In this document: positions 10,506 through 21,155 of the stretch, one piece after another | How the letters are laid out: every line of letters begins with the position of its first letter | How positions within the stretch are numbered: the first letter of the stretch is position 1 | Source: Obrimoposthia wandeli | Lineage: Eukaryota | Direction: 5' to 3' | DNA: 64,000 nucleotides | Assembly (NCBI GenBank): GCA_977020255.1 | Contig: CDROCS010000506.1 | Span: 62,001 to 126,000, forward strand | The notes under the pieces: generated by a model | What the model saw: the letters and a program-made list of their open reading frames with translations, nothing else | Told to the model about the DNA's origin: nothing | Databases searched by the model: none | Made by a program: the position numbers and the translations under genes

Positions 10506-11387
10506 ATGTCTGCCATTATTATTAAACCATTTTTTCATCATGATACTTTTACTATCAGTTACCTGATCTATGATCCGCAGAGCCTCAAAGCTGCAATCAT
10601 TGACAGTGCTATCGATTATGAAAATAACTCAGGCAACATTGCTTTTCATTTTGCTAATGCTCAAATTGAATTTGTCAAAGACCACAAGTTAACGCTGGTA
10701 TGGATTTTTGAAACGCATGCCCACGCCGATCATCTATCAGCAGCACATTATTTAAGATCACAGCTTGGTGGTAAAATTGCGATAGGAAAAAACATCACTC
10801 AAGCACAGCGGGTGTTTAAGGATATCTTTGGCTTCAATGATGACGAAGTTTCAGTCTCAGGTGAAGAATTTGACGTACTGCTTCACCACAATGAAACGCT
10901 TCATCTTGGTGATGTCGCCATCAAGGTTATTGAAACACCAGGACATACTAAAGACAGCGTCACGTATCTCATCGAAGATAATGCATTTACTGGCGATACC
11001 TTATTCATGCCCGATAGCGGTTCTGCTCGTTGTGACTTCCCTGGCGGCTCGGCCACAGAATTATACCAGAGCATAATGCAGATCTACTCACTGCCAGACA
11101 ATACCAAGCTTTGGGTGTGCCATGATTACCAACCAAACGGCAGAGAATTGCAATTTCAAACCACAGTGGCAGAAAGTAAAAAATCGAATATCCATATACG
11201 TGATGATGTCAGCCAGGATGACTTTGTCGCGATTAGACAGACTCGTGATAAAAGCTTGGCCGTACCCAAACTGTTATACCCAGCACTGCAAGTTAATATT
11301 AAAGCAGGACAACTACCTCAAGAAAATAAACGCAAGCAAGTATTTTTCAAAATACCTGTTTATACACCACTAGCTGAGAGTAAATAA
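10506..11387 (+). CDS. MBL-fold metallo-hydrolase, ETHE1/Blh-like persulfide dioxygenase
   Basis: ETHAHADHLSAA, TPGHT, FTGDTLFMPDSGSARCDFPGG, WVCHDY, PALQVNI motifs. Confidence 0.88.
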   Translation: MSAIIIKPFFHHDTFTISYLIYDPQSLKAAIIDSAIDYENNSGNIAFHFANAQIEFVKDHKLTLVWIFETHAHADHLSAAHYLRSQLGGKIAIGKNITQAQRVFKDIFGFNDDEVSVSGEEFDVLLHHNETLHLGDVAIKVIETPGHTKDSVTYLIEDNAFTGDTLFMPDSGSARCDFPGGSATELYQSIMQIYSLPDNTKLWVCHDYQPNGRELQFQTTVAESKKSNIHIRDDVSQDDFVAIRQTRDKSLAVPKLLYPALQVNIKAGQLPQENKRKQVFFKIPVYTPLAESK

Positions 11388-11816
11388 ATGACGCAGTTAA
11401 CTATTTTAGATTCAATTTTAGGCGGTCTGGTTTTATCCATTTCCGCTTTATTCATGCTCTTTGGTATCGGTAAGCTCAGTGGTATTTCCGGTATTTTTTA
11501 CAATTTAAAAAACATCAAATCACCAAGTGAATACTGGCGGGGATTATTTATTCTCGGCCTAGTGATAAGTCCTTTCTTTGCGCATTTTTTAGGATTTTCA
11601 CTACCTAGCAGCATCGATGTGAGTTGGTCTGCGATTATCATCGGCGGCTTGCTTGTGGGTATCGGTACGCGTGTTGGTTCCGGTTGTACCAGTGGCCATG
11701 GGATCTGTGGTATCGGTCGCCTTTCAGTACGTTCACTCGTCGCCACTATCATCTTTATGAGCACAGCGGTGATTACTGTGTTTATCGTCAACAACCTTTT
11801 GTCATCGACAGTATAA
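11388..11816 (+). CDS. YeeE/YedE family sulfur transport membrane protein
   Basis: SGISGI and GTRVGSGCTSGHGICG motifs. Confidence 0.88.
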   Translation: MTQLTILDSILGGLVLSISALFMLFGIGKLSGISGIFYNLKNIKSPSEYWRGLFILGLVISPFFAHFLGFSLPSSIDVSWSAIIIGGLLVGIGTRVGSGCTSGHGICGIGRLSVRSLVATIIFMSTAVITVFIVNNLLSSTV

Positions 11817-11829
11817 GTTAGGATAAAGA

Positions 11830-12261
11830 ATGAAATTATTTATAGCCTTGTTCAGCGGTATCTTATTTGGTATTGGCTTAATTATCTCGCAGATGGTAAA
11901 CCCCAATAAAATATTCAACTTCCTTGATATTACTGGTGATTGGGATCCAAGTTTGGCCTTTGTCATGGGGTCGGCATTAGTACTTTTCATTCCGGTTTAT
12001 CGGATCTTAAAGAAAAAATTAAAACAACCATTATTCGCATCTGAATTTAGCCTGCCAATGAAAACATTAATAGATCGCCCGCTCATCATTGGCGCAGGAT
12101 TATTTGGTATCGGTTGGGGTATTTCAGGTATTTGTCCAGGACCCGCGATTGTTAATGTCTCCGCTGGTGATCCTAAGATTATTGCCTTTATATTTGCAAT
12201 GGTGCTGGGGATGTATATTTCTAACTATGTTAATATAGCGCTATCAAAGCCAAAAGATTGA
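11830..12261 (+). CDS. YeeE/YedE family membrane protein (second half-transporter)
   Basis: MVNPNKIFNFLDITGDWDPSLAFVMG and FGIGWGISGICPGPA motifs. Confidence 0.88.
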   Translation: MKLFIALFSGILFGIGLIISQMVNPNKIFNFLDITGDWDPSLAFVMGSALVLFIPVYRILKKKLKQPLFASEFSLPMKTLIDRPLIIGAGLFGIGWGISGICPGPAIVNVSAGDPKIIAFIFAMVLGMYISNYVNIALSKPKD

Positions 12262-12267
12262 TTAACT

Positions 12268-12573
12268 ATGACTGAACAAATGAGCATTGAGCGATTAGAG
12301 CAAAACGCCTCTAAAGCTGAATCACTGATGAAAGCATTAAGTAACAAGCATCGCTTAATGATATTGTGCTTATTACAGCAAGGTGAACTGTCCGTATCAG
12401 CGCTTAATGAATTAATACCTATCCCGCAATCGACTTTATCGCAACATCTTGCTTGGCTAAGGCGTGAGAAATACGTGAAAACACGCCGTGAAGCGCAGAC
12501 TATCTTCTATCAGCTAGATGATAACAACGTGACCAAAGTGATTACGGTGTTGCACGACATCTTTTGTGATTAA
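12268..12573 (+). CDS. ArsR/SmtB family regulator, BigR/YgaV-like
   Basis: MKALSNKHRLMILCLL...QSTLSQHLAWLR...TRREAQTIFY; two Cys at BigR-like positions (helix 2 and C-terminus). Confidence 0.88.
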   Translation: MTEQMSIERLEQNASKAESLMKALSNKHRLMILCLLQQGELSVSALNELIPIPQSTLSQHLAWLRREKYVKTRREAQTIFYQLDDNNVTKVITVLHDIFCD

Positions 12574-12606
12574 GCCTTTGTAGCTTCGCTTTAAAAGATA
12601 ACAATA

Positions 12607-12634
12607 AAAAGGGTGCAAATATTTGCACCCTTTT
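12607..12634. terminator. Bidirectional intrinsic terminator between arsR and katA
   Basis: Perfect 28-bp palindrome AAAAGGGTGCAAATATTTGCACCCTTTT between convergent genes. Confidence 0.85.
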
Positions 12635-12663
12635 GCTTTTTAGATTCTAAACCAACCTAATGC

Positions 12664-14118
12664 CTAGTTTTGATATTTACTTGCATCAATACCAAGTAGT
12701 TTAGCAATACCATGCGCATAAGCAGGATCTGCTTTGAAACAATGGCGTAAATGTCGCAACTGAATTTCTTCAGGTACACCGCCGATATTACGCGCGGTAT
12801 TATCAAACAATACAGCTTGCTTCTCTGCGGTCATTAATCGGAACAGATCACCTGGTTGGCTAAAGTAATCATCATCTTCACGGTGATCCCAATGTGCTGC
12901 CGCGCCATCTAAACTTAACGGTGGCTCAGCGAAATCAGGTTGCTCAGCCCACTCACCCTGATCGTTTGGTTCATAGCCCACCGTGCCACCATGGTTACCA
13001 TCAACACGCATTGCACCATCTCGGTGATAACTGTGAACAGGGCAACGTGGTGCATTCACCGGAATACTGTGATGATTTACACCTAAACGATAACGCTGGG
13101 CATCGCCATATGAGAATAAGCGACCTTGCAGCATTTTATCAGGAGAGAAACTGATACCCGGTACGACACTTGCTGGATTAAACGCAGACTGTTCCACTTC
13201 TGCAAAGAAGTTTTCAGGGTTACGGTTTAGCTCTAGCTCACCCACTTCAATTAATGGATAATCGCTGTGCGGCCATACTTTTGTCAAATCGAATGGGTTG
13301 TAAGGCACTTTTGATGCGTCATCTTCAGGCATAATTTGTATTTGCATCGTCCACTTCGGAAAGTCACGATTATCAATACTTTCGAGTAGGTCACGGTGAT
13401 GACTTTCTCGGTCTTTACCAATCAGAGTTTCTGATTCTGCATCGGTTAAATTCTTAATACCTTGCTGTGATTTAAAGTGGAACTTAACCCAAAAACGTTC
13501 GTTATCACTGTTGATAAAGCTGAACGTATGGCTACCAAACCCGTGCATGTGGCGGTACGTTGCTGGAATACCACGATCACTCATCACAATCGTGATTTGA
13601 TGTAATGCTTCAGGTAATGAAGTCCAAAAATCCCAGTTGTTTTTTGCGCTGCGCATGTTGGTTCTAGGATCGCGTTTAACCGCATGGTTAAGATCGGGAA
13701 ATTTAAGCGGATCGCGTAAGAAGAATACGGGCGTATTGTTACCCACTAAATCCCAGTTACCTTCTTCGGTATAAAACTTCATCGCAAAGCCACGGATATC
13801 ACGTTCTGCATCCGCAGCGCCACGCTCACCTGCGACGGTGGTAAAACGGGTGAAAAGTTCCGTTTTTTTACCGATGGCAGAGAAGATCTTAGCTTTAGTA
13901 AATCGCGTAATATCATGCGTAACGGTAAAAATTCCATAAGCCCCAGAGCCTTTAGCGTGCATACGACGTTCGGGGATCACTTCTCTATCAAAGTGCGCGA
14001 GCTTTTCCAAAAACCACACGTCTTGAAGCAATTGAGGGCCTCTTTTGCCTGCGGTTTGTACATTCTGATTGTGCGCAACAGGACAACCTGCAGCTGTCGT
14101 TAATTTTTTACTCATCAT
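12664..14118 (-). CDS. katA: Monofunctional heme catalase (small-subunit clade 3)
   Basis: [57 protein letters not shown]. Start moved to 14118 (or 14115) because RBS GAAGGA sits there. Confidence 0.96.
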   Translation of the reverse strand: MMSKKLTTAAGCPVAHNQNVQTAGKRGPQLLQDVWFLEKLAHFDREVIPERRMHAKGSGAYGIFTVTHDITRFTKAKIFSAIGKKTELFTRFTTVAGERGAADAERDIRGFAMKFYTEEGNWDLVGNNTPVFFLRDPLKFPDLNHAVKRDPRTNMRSAKNNWDFWTSLPEALHQITIVMSDRGIPATYRHMHGFGSHTFSFINSDNERFWVKFHFKSQQGIKNLTDAESETLIGKDRESHHRDLLESIDNRDFPKWTMQIQIMPEDDASKVPYNPFDLTKVWPHSDYPLIEVGELELNRNPENFFAEVEQSAFNPASVVPGISFSPDKMLQGRLFSYGDAQRYRLGVNHHSIPVNAPRCPVHSYHRDGAMRVDGNHGGTVGYEPNDQGEWAEQPDFAEPPLSLDGAAAHWDHREDDDYFSQPGDLFRLMTAEKQAVLFDNTARNIGGVPEEIQLRHLRHCFKADPAYAHGIAKLLGIDASKYQN

Positions 14119-14210
14119 TAATTCCTTCTCTATGTTATGTATGAACTTAGAAACCAACTTGATTGCTTACGCTTACCTTATTCTTTACTGCTCGTATTAC
14201 TTGTACGACT

Positions 14211-15044
14211 TTAATTCGACGTCTTTTTTATATGGTTCTGGCCTGCATCTTTCCCCATCAAATAACCTTTGTTTAGGGTGGCTTGATTCATTGTTAATCG
14301 TTTAACTGCAAACTGCTTTGGAGGCGCAATGACTCGAATTGTTAAATCACTTGGTGGATTTTGAATAAATTCGAGAGAGTCGTTATAATTACTGGCTCTC
14401 ACCAACATTGATTTGGCGATATTAGGGTGTTGTGAGAATAGTGTTTTAACCAACCATGGATATTTAATTGTTTGTTTTTTATAACTCAATGGATGTGAAA
14501 GGACCACGGTAATATCACGCGCACCTAGGCGATAGGCTTTTCGAACGGGTATTGAATCTGCAACACCTCCATCAGTATAGCAGCCACCTGAAAAGCAAGG
14601 CATTTCACGATAAGCAATGGGTAACGCAGTCGTCGCTTCAAGCACATTTGATAATGAATCAGGCTTGATTCGATGGTAATCAGCATGCCCTGTATCGACG
14701 TTAGTTACTGCGGCGTACATCGGGATACTGTTAAATAACGTTTCATGATTAATCGGATAACGTTCGACAGATGTCTCCCATAACCATTTTACATCGACAA
14801 GGTTGCCACCTTTGGCAAAACGAACAGGATTGAAGAAGGCTTTGTCTGTAGCCATCGTCGTGATCACATTGAAGCTACGCTCTGGCTCGTTAGCCAAGTA
14901 ACCAATCAAGTTAGATGCCCCAGCCGAAACACCAATAGCAAAGTCATAAGGCAAATAGTGTTGTTCCATAAAAGCATCCAATACACCGCTGGCAAAAATA
15001 CCGCGCATACCACCACCTTCAACTATTATCGCTCTTTTTTGCAT
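14211..15044 (-). CDS. Patatin-like phospholipase (YjjU/DUF6363-like)
   Basis: EGGGMRG Gly-rich loop, GVSAG nucleophile elbow, DGGV catalytic Asp. Confidence 0.88.
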   Translation of the reverse strand: MQKRAIIVEGGGMRGIFASGVLDAFMEQHYLPYDFAIGVSAGASNLIGYLANEPERSFNVITTMATDKAFFNPVRFAKGGNLVDVKWLWETSVERYPINHETLFNSIPMYAAVTNVDTGHADYHRIKPDSLSNVLEATTALPIAYREMPCFSGGCYTDGGVADSIPVRKAYRLGARDITVVLSHPLSYKKQTIKYPWLVKTLFSQHPNIAKSMLVRASNYNDSLEFIQNPPSDLTIRVIAPPKQFAVKRLTMNQATLNKGYLMGKDAGQNHIKKTSN

Positions 15045-15123
15045 TGGTCATTCCTTATCACATCAATGTATAAAGAATAGAGTGGTTTTATAATAAAGGA
15101 AAAGTGATTAAACCGACTATTTT

Positions 15124-15140
15124 GATAGTTTAAAGCTATC
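15124..15140. promoter_or_regulatory. OxyR-like LysR box upstream of patatin-katA
   Basis: GATAGTTTAAAGCTATC fits ATAGnTnnnAnCTAT on both strands, 80 nt upstream of the patatin start; a second degenerate CTAT lies at 15117-15120. Confidence 0.45.
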
Positions 15141-15402
15141 ATTCCTGATTTATTACATTCGCACTACTTTGGTGTGGTGGATACGTGACCCCGCACTATT
15201 ATGGTGAAACAAAACCTACCCACTTATAAATACCTCCATATTTCAAATGGTTAACTTTTGGCGTGAAAATTGATAGATCTTTTAAACGTTGTAAAGAGTT
15301 GTAAATAGCGGATAAAATTTTATTTAACCGCTATTATTGATACAAGTACCAAATACAGACCCGTAACTAATTGAATAAAAACAATTATGGAGTGATTGAA
15401 AT

Positions 15403-16620
15403 ATGCAAGATACATTAACGGTAGTCCTCGCAGGAGGCATGGGTTCACGCCTTGCCCCGCTCACCGATAACAGAGCAAAACCCGCGGTGCCTTTCGGTGG
15501 AAAATATCGAATCATCGACTTTACCTTAACTAATTGCCTGCACTCTGGTCTAAGACGTATTCTGGTACTGACCCAATATAAATCTCATTCATTACAGAAA
15601 CATCTGCGTGATGGCTGGTCTATCTTCAACCCTGAATTGGGTGAGTACATTACAGTGGTGCCACCACAAATGCGTAAAGGTGATAAATGGTATAGCGGCA
15701 CTGCCGATGCTATTTATCAAAACTTATGGCTATTATCACGTAGCGAAGCCAAGTATGTAGTGGTGCTTTCTGGCGATCATATTTACCGCATGGATTACGC
15801 CCCGATGCTGCAGCGCCATAAAGAAACCGGTGCGGATTTAAGTATCGCGTGTATGGAAGTGCCGATTGCAGAAGCCTCAAGCTTTGGTGTAATGGCAGTA
15901 GATGACAACCAGCGGATCGTCGCATTTGCAGAGAAACCAGCACAACCTGCGCCATTACCTAATGATTCAGAAAAGAGTTTAGCGTCAATGGGGATCTATA
16001 TTTTCACTACCGATGCATTGGTCGATGCGCTAGAACATGATGCTGAAAATCCAAATTCTAATCATGATTTTGGTCAAGATATTATTCCAAGACTGATTGA
16101 TAAAGAGAAAGTCTACGCCCATCAATTTGGCGGTTCAACAGGACGTGTAACGGAAGATGCTTACTGGCGTGATGTGGGTACTATCGACTCGTTATACCAA
16201 GCCAATATGGATCTATTGCAACCAGTTTCACCCATCGATTTATATCAACGTGATTGGGCAATAAGAACTTATGAGCCACAGTTACCACCAGCAAGAACCA
16301 CATCATCAGATAGCGGTAATGAAGGTATATTTATTAACTCACTTATTTCCAGTGGTGTGCTGATTGCAGGCGGGTCTGTACAAAATTCAGTACTGTCATC
16401 AAATGTGAAGATCTATGACGGGGCGACAGTGTCAGCCAGTATCCTATTTGATGACGTTGAAGTCGGCGAATTCTGCCAATTGCAGAACTGCATTATCGAC
16501 AAGCATGTTAAGATCCCACCAAGAACACAAATTGGTATTAATGCCGTTGAAGACGCCGCTCGTTTCACTATTTCAGAACGTGGCGTGGTTGTCGTATCTG
16601 GCGATTATCAGTTTGAATAA
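15403..16620 (+). CDS. glgC: Glucose-1-phosphate adenylyltransferase
   Basis: LAGGMGSRLAPLTDNRAKPAVPFGGKYRIIDF, WYSGTADAIYQN, SGDHIYRMDY, YWRDVGT. Confidence 0.96.
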   Translation: MQDTLTVVLAGGMGSRLAPLTDNRAKPAVPFGGKYRIIDFTLTNCLHSGLRRILVLTQYKSHSLQKHLRDGWSIFNPELGEYITVVPPQMRKGDKWYSGTADAIYQNLWLLSRSEAKYVVVLSGDHIYRMDYAPMLQRHKETGADLSIACMEVPIAEASSFGVMAVDDNQRIVAFAEKPAQPAPLPNDSEKSLASMGIYIFTTDALVDALEHDAENPNSNHDFGQDIIPRLIDKEKVYAHQFGGSTGRVTEDAYWRDVGTIDSLYQANMDLLQPVSPIDLYQRDWAIRTYEPQLPPARTTSSDSGNEGIFINSLISSGVLIAGGSVQNSVLSSNVKIYDGATVSASILFDDVEVGEFCQLQNCIIDKHVKIPPRTQIGINAVEDAARFTISERGVVVVSGDYQFE

Positions 16621-16708
16621 TCGTATTTACTAGTATTTGGGCGATTATTCCTATTTCGCCACAACAATTGTTGATGTAAACCTCTGCTATCGTTTATAAA
16701 AATGATAG

Positions 16709-17719
16709 CTAGTCTTTCGCTTTTAACACTTCTGTTAAGACAGGCAATACGTCAAATAAGTCTGCGACTAAACCGTAGTCTGCGACATCAAAAATGGGTG
16801 CATCTGCATCACTATTCACAGCTACAATCACCTTACTGCCAGTGATACCGGCAATGTGTTGAATTGCGCCTGATATGCCCACAGCAATATACAAATCGGG
16901 GGCAACGATCTTACCTGTTTGCCCTATTTGTAAATCATTAGCCACAAACCCTGCATCTACCGCAGCACGGCTCGCACCAACAGCCGCATTAAGCTGATCG
17001 GCCAACGCATCGAGCAAGGCAAAGTTTTCGGTGTTTTGCATCCCCCGACCACCAGCAATAACAACCTTAGCCGTGGTTAATTCTGGTCGTGACGATTGAG
17101 TTAGCTCCGCGTTAACAAATTCAGATTTACCGCAGTCTGCTTGCGCTGCTAATTCAACAACAGCTACTTGGTTGCCATTACTTAACGACGGGTCGCTTAA
17201 TGGTGCAGCGACAAACGCACTACTACGTACAGTGATAACTTGAAGGTAGTCGCTCGATTGTACCGTCGCGATAGCATTACCTGCGTAGATTGGTCGCTTA
17301 AAAGTATCGGCGGACTCAACACTGATTATATCGGAGATCTGCGCGACATCGAGTAAGGCGGCAACACGAGGTTGATAGTCTTTACCCGTGGTGCCAGCTG
17401 ACGTCATAATATGACTATACTTGCCCTGACTATCGCCTTCATGCGCTTGGCTTTGCGTTTGGACTAACGACGCGATTAACGGGGCGATGTTCTCTGCTAA
17501 GGGATATTGGTATATTTGATGATCGGCAACCAGTATTTGACTCAATCCTGTTATGCCCTGCGCCATATCCACAACCGGTTGGCAGTCGTGCCCCATGATA
17601 AGCAAGTGTAATTCACTGTTATTGGTATATGTCGCAATCTCTGCGGCTGCGGTTAATACACTTAACGTCGCAGGATGAATAGTATGGTTGTCATGGTCTG
17701 CTACTATCAATATCGCCAT
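16709..17719 (-). CDS. etfA: Electron transfer flavoprotein alpha subunit
   Basis: [49 protein letters not shown]. Confidence 0.94.
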   Translation of the reverse strand: MAILIVADHDNHTIHPATLSVLTAAAEIATYTNNSELHLLIMGHDCQPVVDMAQGITGLSQILVADHQIYQYPLAENIAPLIASLVQTQSQAHEGDSQGKYSHIMTSAGTTGKDYQPRVAALLDVAQISDIISVESADTFKRPIYAGNAIATVQSSDYLQVITVRSSAFVAAPLSDPSLSNGNQVAVVELAAQADCGKSEFVNAELTQSSRPELTTAKVVIAGGRGMQNTENFALLDALADQLNAAVGASRAAVDAGFVANDLQIGQTGKIVAPDLYIAVGISGAIQHIAGITGSKVIVAVNSDADAPIFDVADYGLVADLFDVLPVLTEVLKAKD

Positions 17720-18469
17720 TTAAAGTACCCCAGCCTGTTGTAGTTTATCCACCAGTTCAGCGACATCAGCCACTTTAATCCCAGCTTGACGTGTTGGTGG
17801 CGGCTCTACTTTAAGCGTCGTTAATCGTGGTGATAAGCTCACCCCAATATTCTCAGGATATGTAACGGTGATGATTTTACGTTTCGCTTTCATAATATTA
17901 GGCAGCGAGGCATAACGCGGTGTATTTAGGCGTAAATCGACAGTAACAACCGCGGGTAAGCTTAAAGCTAATGTGACTAAGCCCCCATCGACTTCGCGGG
18001 TGACTTTGATTTTATTCGGCACTGTGAAAACGATATCAGAGGCAAAAGTACCTTGCGGCATGTCGGTGAGCGCCGCTAACATTTGCCCCGTTTGATTGTT
18101 GTCGGTATCAATAGCTTGTTTACCCAATAGTACTAAATCTGGCAATTGTTCTTGTACGACTTTGTGCAGTAATTTTGCCACATCAAGGGATTGAACCTCT
18201 TCGTCGACTCTGATCAGAATAGCCCGATCAGCGCCTAAGGCTAACCCTGCCCGCAATTGAACTTCCGCGTCTTTGGGGCCGATACAAACCAAGACAACTT
18301 CATCGGCCGAGCCTTGCTCTTTAAAACGCACAGCTTGTTCAATCGCGATCTCGCAGAATGGATTAATCGCCATTTTTACACTGCTCGTTTCAATGCCGCT
18401 TTCATTAGCATTCACCCTGACGTTGACCTTATGATCGACAACCCGCTTCACCGCAACTAATATCTTCAT
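17720..18469 (-). CDS. etfB: Electron transfer flavoprotein beta subunit
   Basis: MKILVAVKRVVD, NPFCEIAIEQA, GKQAIDTDNNQTGQMLA, NTPRYASLPNIMKAK. Confidence 0.94.
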   Translation of the reverse strand: MKILVAVKRVVDHKVNVRVNANESGIETSSVKMAINPFCEIAIEQAVRFKEQGSADEVVLVCIGPKDAEVQLRAGLALGADRAILIRVDEEVQSLDVAKLLHKVVQEQLPDLVLLGKQAIDTDNNQTGQMLAALTDMPQGTFASDIVFTVPNKIKVTREVDGGLVTLALSLPAVVTVDLRLNTPRYASLPNIMKAKRKIITVTYPENIGVSLSPRLTTLKVEPPPTRQAGIKVADVAELVDKLQQAGVL

Positions 18470-18686
18470 AGCATCCTCAAGACATACTTGTGTTTATTCA
18501 ATAATGTCGTTATGCATTAAGAATAGTGGTGTTATGGGGTATGGCAAATTGGAAGGATGATAATTAAACATCGTAGATTAAAGCGCAGCAAGGCTTTAAA
18601 TCATCGGTTATAATCTGTAAAGTACCAACCATATTATAACAAGTGCTTGCTTGGTATGAGCGAGTAGCAATAAAGAGTATTAAAAA

Positions 18687-18935
18687 ATGAATAACGAACA
18701 TGATGTCATTGATAATTTAGCAGAACTTGAGCGTTTCCTATTAAGTGTTGAAAACGGTGGTTTCGGTCTACAAAATGTTGAAGGTATTGGCATGGCGACA
18801 AACACCAAAGACGGTCGCCACTTTGTCGCTGTATTTGATGATAAGCAAAGTCTACTTTTAGCACGTTATGTGACTGACGAAGTTTATGAAAACGGTAAAG
18901 AAATGGTACGTAACGGTGTGCAAACTAAGCATTAA
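18687..18935 (+). CDS. Hypothetical protein (82 aa, acidic)
   Basis: Clean ORF in an intergenic gap with normal codon usage; no family recognised. Confidence 0.7.
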   Translation: MNNEHDVIDNLAELERFLLSVENGGFGLQNVEGIGMATNTKDGRHFVAVFDDKQSLLLARYVTDEVYENGKEMVRNGVQTKH

Positions 18936-19046
18936 TACTATGCCATTTAACGCATAATCCTTCACCGTATAAACAGTAACGGGATCTGAACTGGTAGTTT
19001 AGATCCTGTGATGCCCTTCCTTCAAACATGCCGATTAGCCAACCCA

Positions 19047-19934
19047 ATGAATTCACTACATCTTAAAGCACTATTACTGGCCATTGAAACCGGTTCTATT
19101 TCTGCTGCCGCACGTAAACTAGGTAAGAAACAACCTCAAGTAAGTCAATGGATCTCAGACCTTGAAATAGATCTCGGGGTGAACTTTTTTGATCGCAGTG
19201 GCAATAAATCGACATTAAGTCTCGAGGGGGAACGTTTACTGCCCTATCTCACACATACGCTTAGTCAACTAGATAGGTTTGTGCAAAGTGCCGAGATGAT
19301 TGCACAAGATGAGCCGACGGTGCTTACGATAGGTATCGAAAATTACGTGCCTGATTTAGCTTTTATCGAGCCACTCTCACTAATATTAGACTTGCCCAGT
19401 TTAAGTATTGAAGTGTATCGAGATGAGAAACAGCAGTTAACGCAGGCTTTAATCACGGGAGATGTCGATATTATCATTACCCATGAGTCTGATACCCTGC
19501 ACCACCAGCAGTTTGAATATTGTCGCTTAGGCCATTACCAAGATGTACTTGTTTGTGCGCCTGCACATCCGCTCGCCTCATTATCAATGGTGAACACGAG
19601 CGATCTGAGCCAATACCGAGAACTCATTTTAGGCGAATCAAATAACCAACTACAGAGCGATGAAAAGAATGATGGTTTTAGCCCCAGTTATGCGATGTTT
19701 TCAGATATCCAGCTACTTATTACGTTGTTGAAAAATAGCAAAGGCTTTGCATTTTTACCCGCAGATTATATCAGTAACGACATTACCAGCAAGTACCTGA
19801 CCACTTTAGCTTGTGACTTTGAACCAGCAGCTATTATCCGTCGTATCGAATTATGCTGGCACAATGGCTTAACCTTATCAACGCAAGGTAATCAAGTTAT
19901 CTCTGCCTTTAAAGACAATCACCAGCTTGCATAA
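19047..19934 (+). CDS. LysR family transcriptional regulator
   Basis: HTH LKALLLAIETGSISAAARKLGKKQPQVSQWISDLEIDLG; ATG at 19047 preferred over the ORF-track start 19008. Confidence 0.9.
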   Translation: MNSLHLKALLLAIETGSISAAARKLGKKQPQVSQWISDLEIDLGVNFFDRSGNKSTLSLEGERLLPYLTHTLSQLDRFVQSAEMIAQDEPTVLTIGIENYVPDLAFIEPLSLILDLPSLSIEVYRDEKQQLTQALITGDVDIIITHESDTLHHQQFEYCRLGHYQDVLVCAPAHPLASLSMVNTSDLSQYRELILGESNNQLQSDEKNDGFSPSYAMFSDIQLLITLLKNSKGFAFLPADYISNDITSKYLTTLACDFEPAAIIRRIELCWHNGLTLSTQGNQVISAFKDNHQLA

Positions 19935-19978
19935 GGCTTTGAATATTTAACCTTTTAAGTATGAGACTATGACATCCT

Positions 19979-21040
19979 TTAGACCTTTATTTCTTGCTGT
20001 GTTGCACAGTGGATAGTACCACCACCTGCAGCTATCCCATCAATAGCGATTTGTTCTATTATTCTATCAGGAAAAGCCTCTTCTAAAATTTTTCTCGTAC
20101 GTGCGTCTGCTTTTTTATCACCAAATTTTTGTGCCACAATAGCATTGTTACAGGCGTAATAACCAATATAGCCTGCTGCAAAGTCGCGGGTGCCAAATTT
20201 CTTGTTAATTTTTTCAGGTGTATCGAGGACAATTATCTTTAATTTATTGCCAGCGGAATCCTCGCTGTTTTTTAATACTTCAATATTTTTTCGAGTTACC
20301 TCATAGTCAAATGAATAACGATCATTATCCCTACTTACGATTACTTCCCCAGGTTTTGTAAATCGAGCATAAAAGTCAGTATGACCATCGGTGATATCCT
20401 TACCTTTAATTCCCTCCAGCCAGATGATCTTTTTTAGTCCAAGTAATTCTTTTAACTCTGATTCAATCTCCTCTTGGCTCATCCCTGGATTACGATTACC
20501 GTTAATAATACAGCTCTTAGTCATAATGGCAGTGCCTGCGCCATCTACTTCAAAACACCCTCCCTCTAGAGTTAATTTTGATGTTTTAATAATAGAGTTT
20601 GTATAGCTGCTTATGAAATCTGCAACGTGAGCATCTAAGCTATGCTTTTGCTCTCCCCCCCAGCCGTTAAAATTAAAGTTAATTCCATATTTTTTGCCAC
20701 CAGAGTCTTTGACAAAGATCGGTCCTGTATCTCTGAGCCATAAATCGTCAGTCTCACACTCAATGAGATCAATTGGGTAGTTATTAGTCTCAGACTGATC
20801 CAATAGTGAAATCGCTTCATTATAATCATTCGATGATACGAGCATCGATACGGGTTCATATTTCGCAATAGTGTTAGCGATCAAAACTAAATTCTTTTTA
20901 ACTTCAGCAATTTGTCTTTTTGACCATATATGATCATTTGCGACAAAGGACATCCAAGTTCGCTCATGAACGTCATTTTCTTCTGGCATTGTCATTAACA
21001 TCGATAAAGAGCTATCTTTTGAAAATATATTTTTACTCAC
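19979..21040 (-). CDS. Agmatine deiminase / peptidyl-arginine deiminase (PAD_porph) family enzyme
   Basis: DLWLRDTGP, LEGG, DITDGHTDFYARF, GGGTIHCATQQ (catalytic Cys). Likely GTG start at 21040 after AGGAG; no signal peptide. Confidence 0.88.
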   Translation of the reverse strand: MSKNIFSKDSSLSMLMTMPEENDVHERTWMSFVANDHIWSKRQIAEVKKNLVLIANTIAKYEPVSMLVSSNDYNEAISLLDQSETNNYPIDLIECETDDLWLRDTGPIFVKDSGGKKYGINFNFNGWGGEQKHSLDAHVADFISSYTNSIIKTSKLTLEGGCFEVDGAGTAIMTKSCIINGNRNPGMSQEEIESELKELLGLKKIIWLEGIKGKDITDGHTDFYARFTKPGEVIVSRDNDRYSFDYEVTRKNIEVLKNSEDSAGNKLKIIVLDTPEKINKKFGTRDFAAGYIGYYACNNAIVAQKFGDKKADARTRKILEEAFPDRIIEQIAIDGIAAGGGTIHCATQQEIKV

Positions 21041-21155
21041 ACAAAAACTCCTGAATAAATTGGTACCAATAAATATTATTACTATTTTATTAGATTGTGC
21101 ACAGTTAAAGTAATGGTGATTATTGGCCGCTAACCACCTTACGTTGATACGATTA

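Noticed and set aside
15270-15283. FNR site upstream of glgC
   Set aside because: Only the TTGAT half-site is present; the right half is CTTTT instead of ATCAA.
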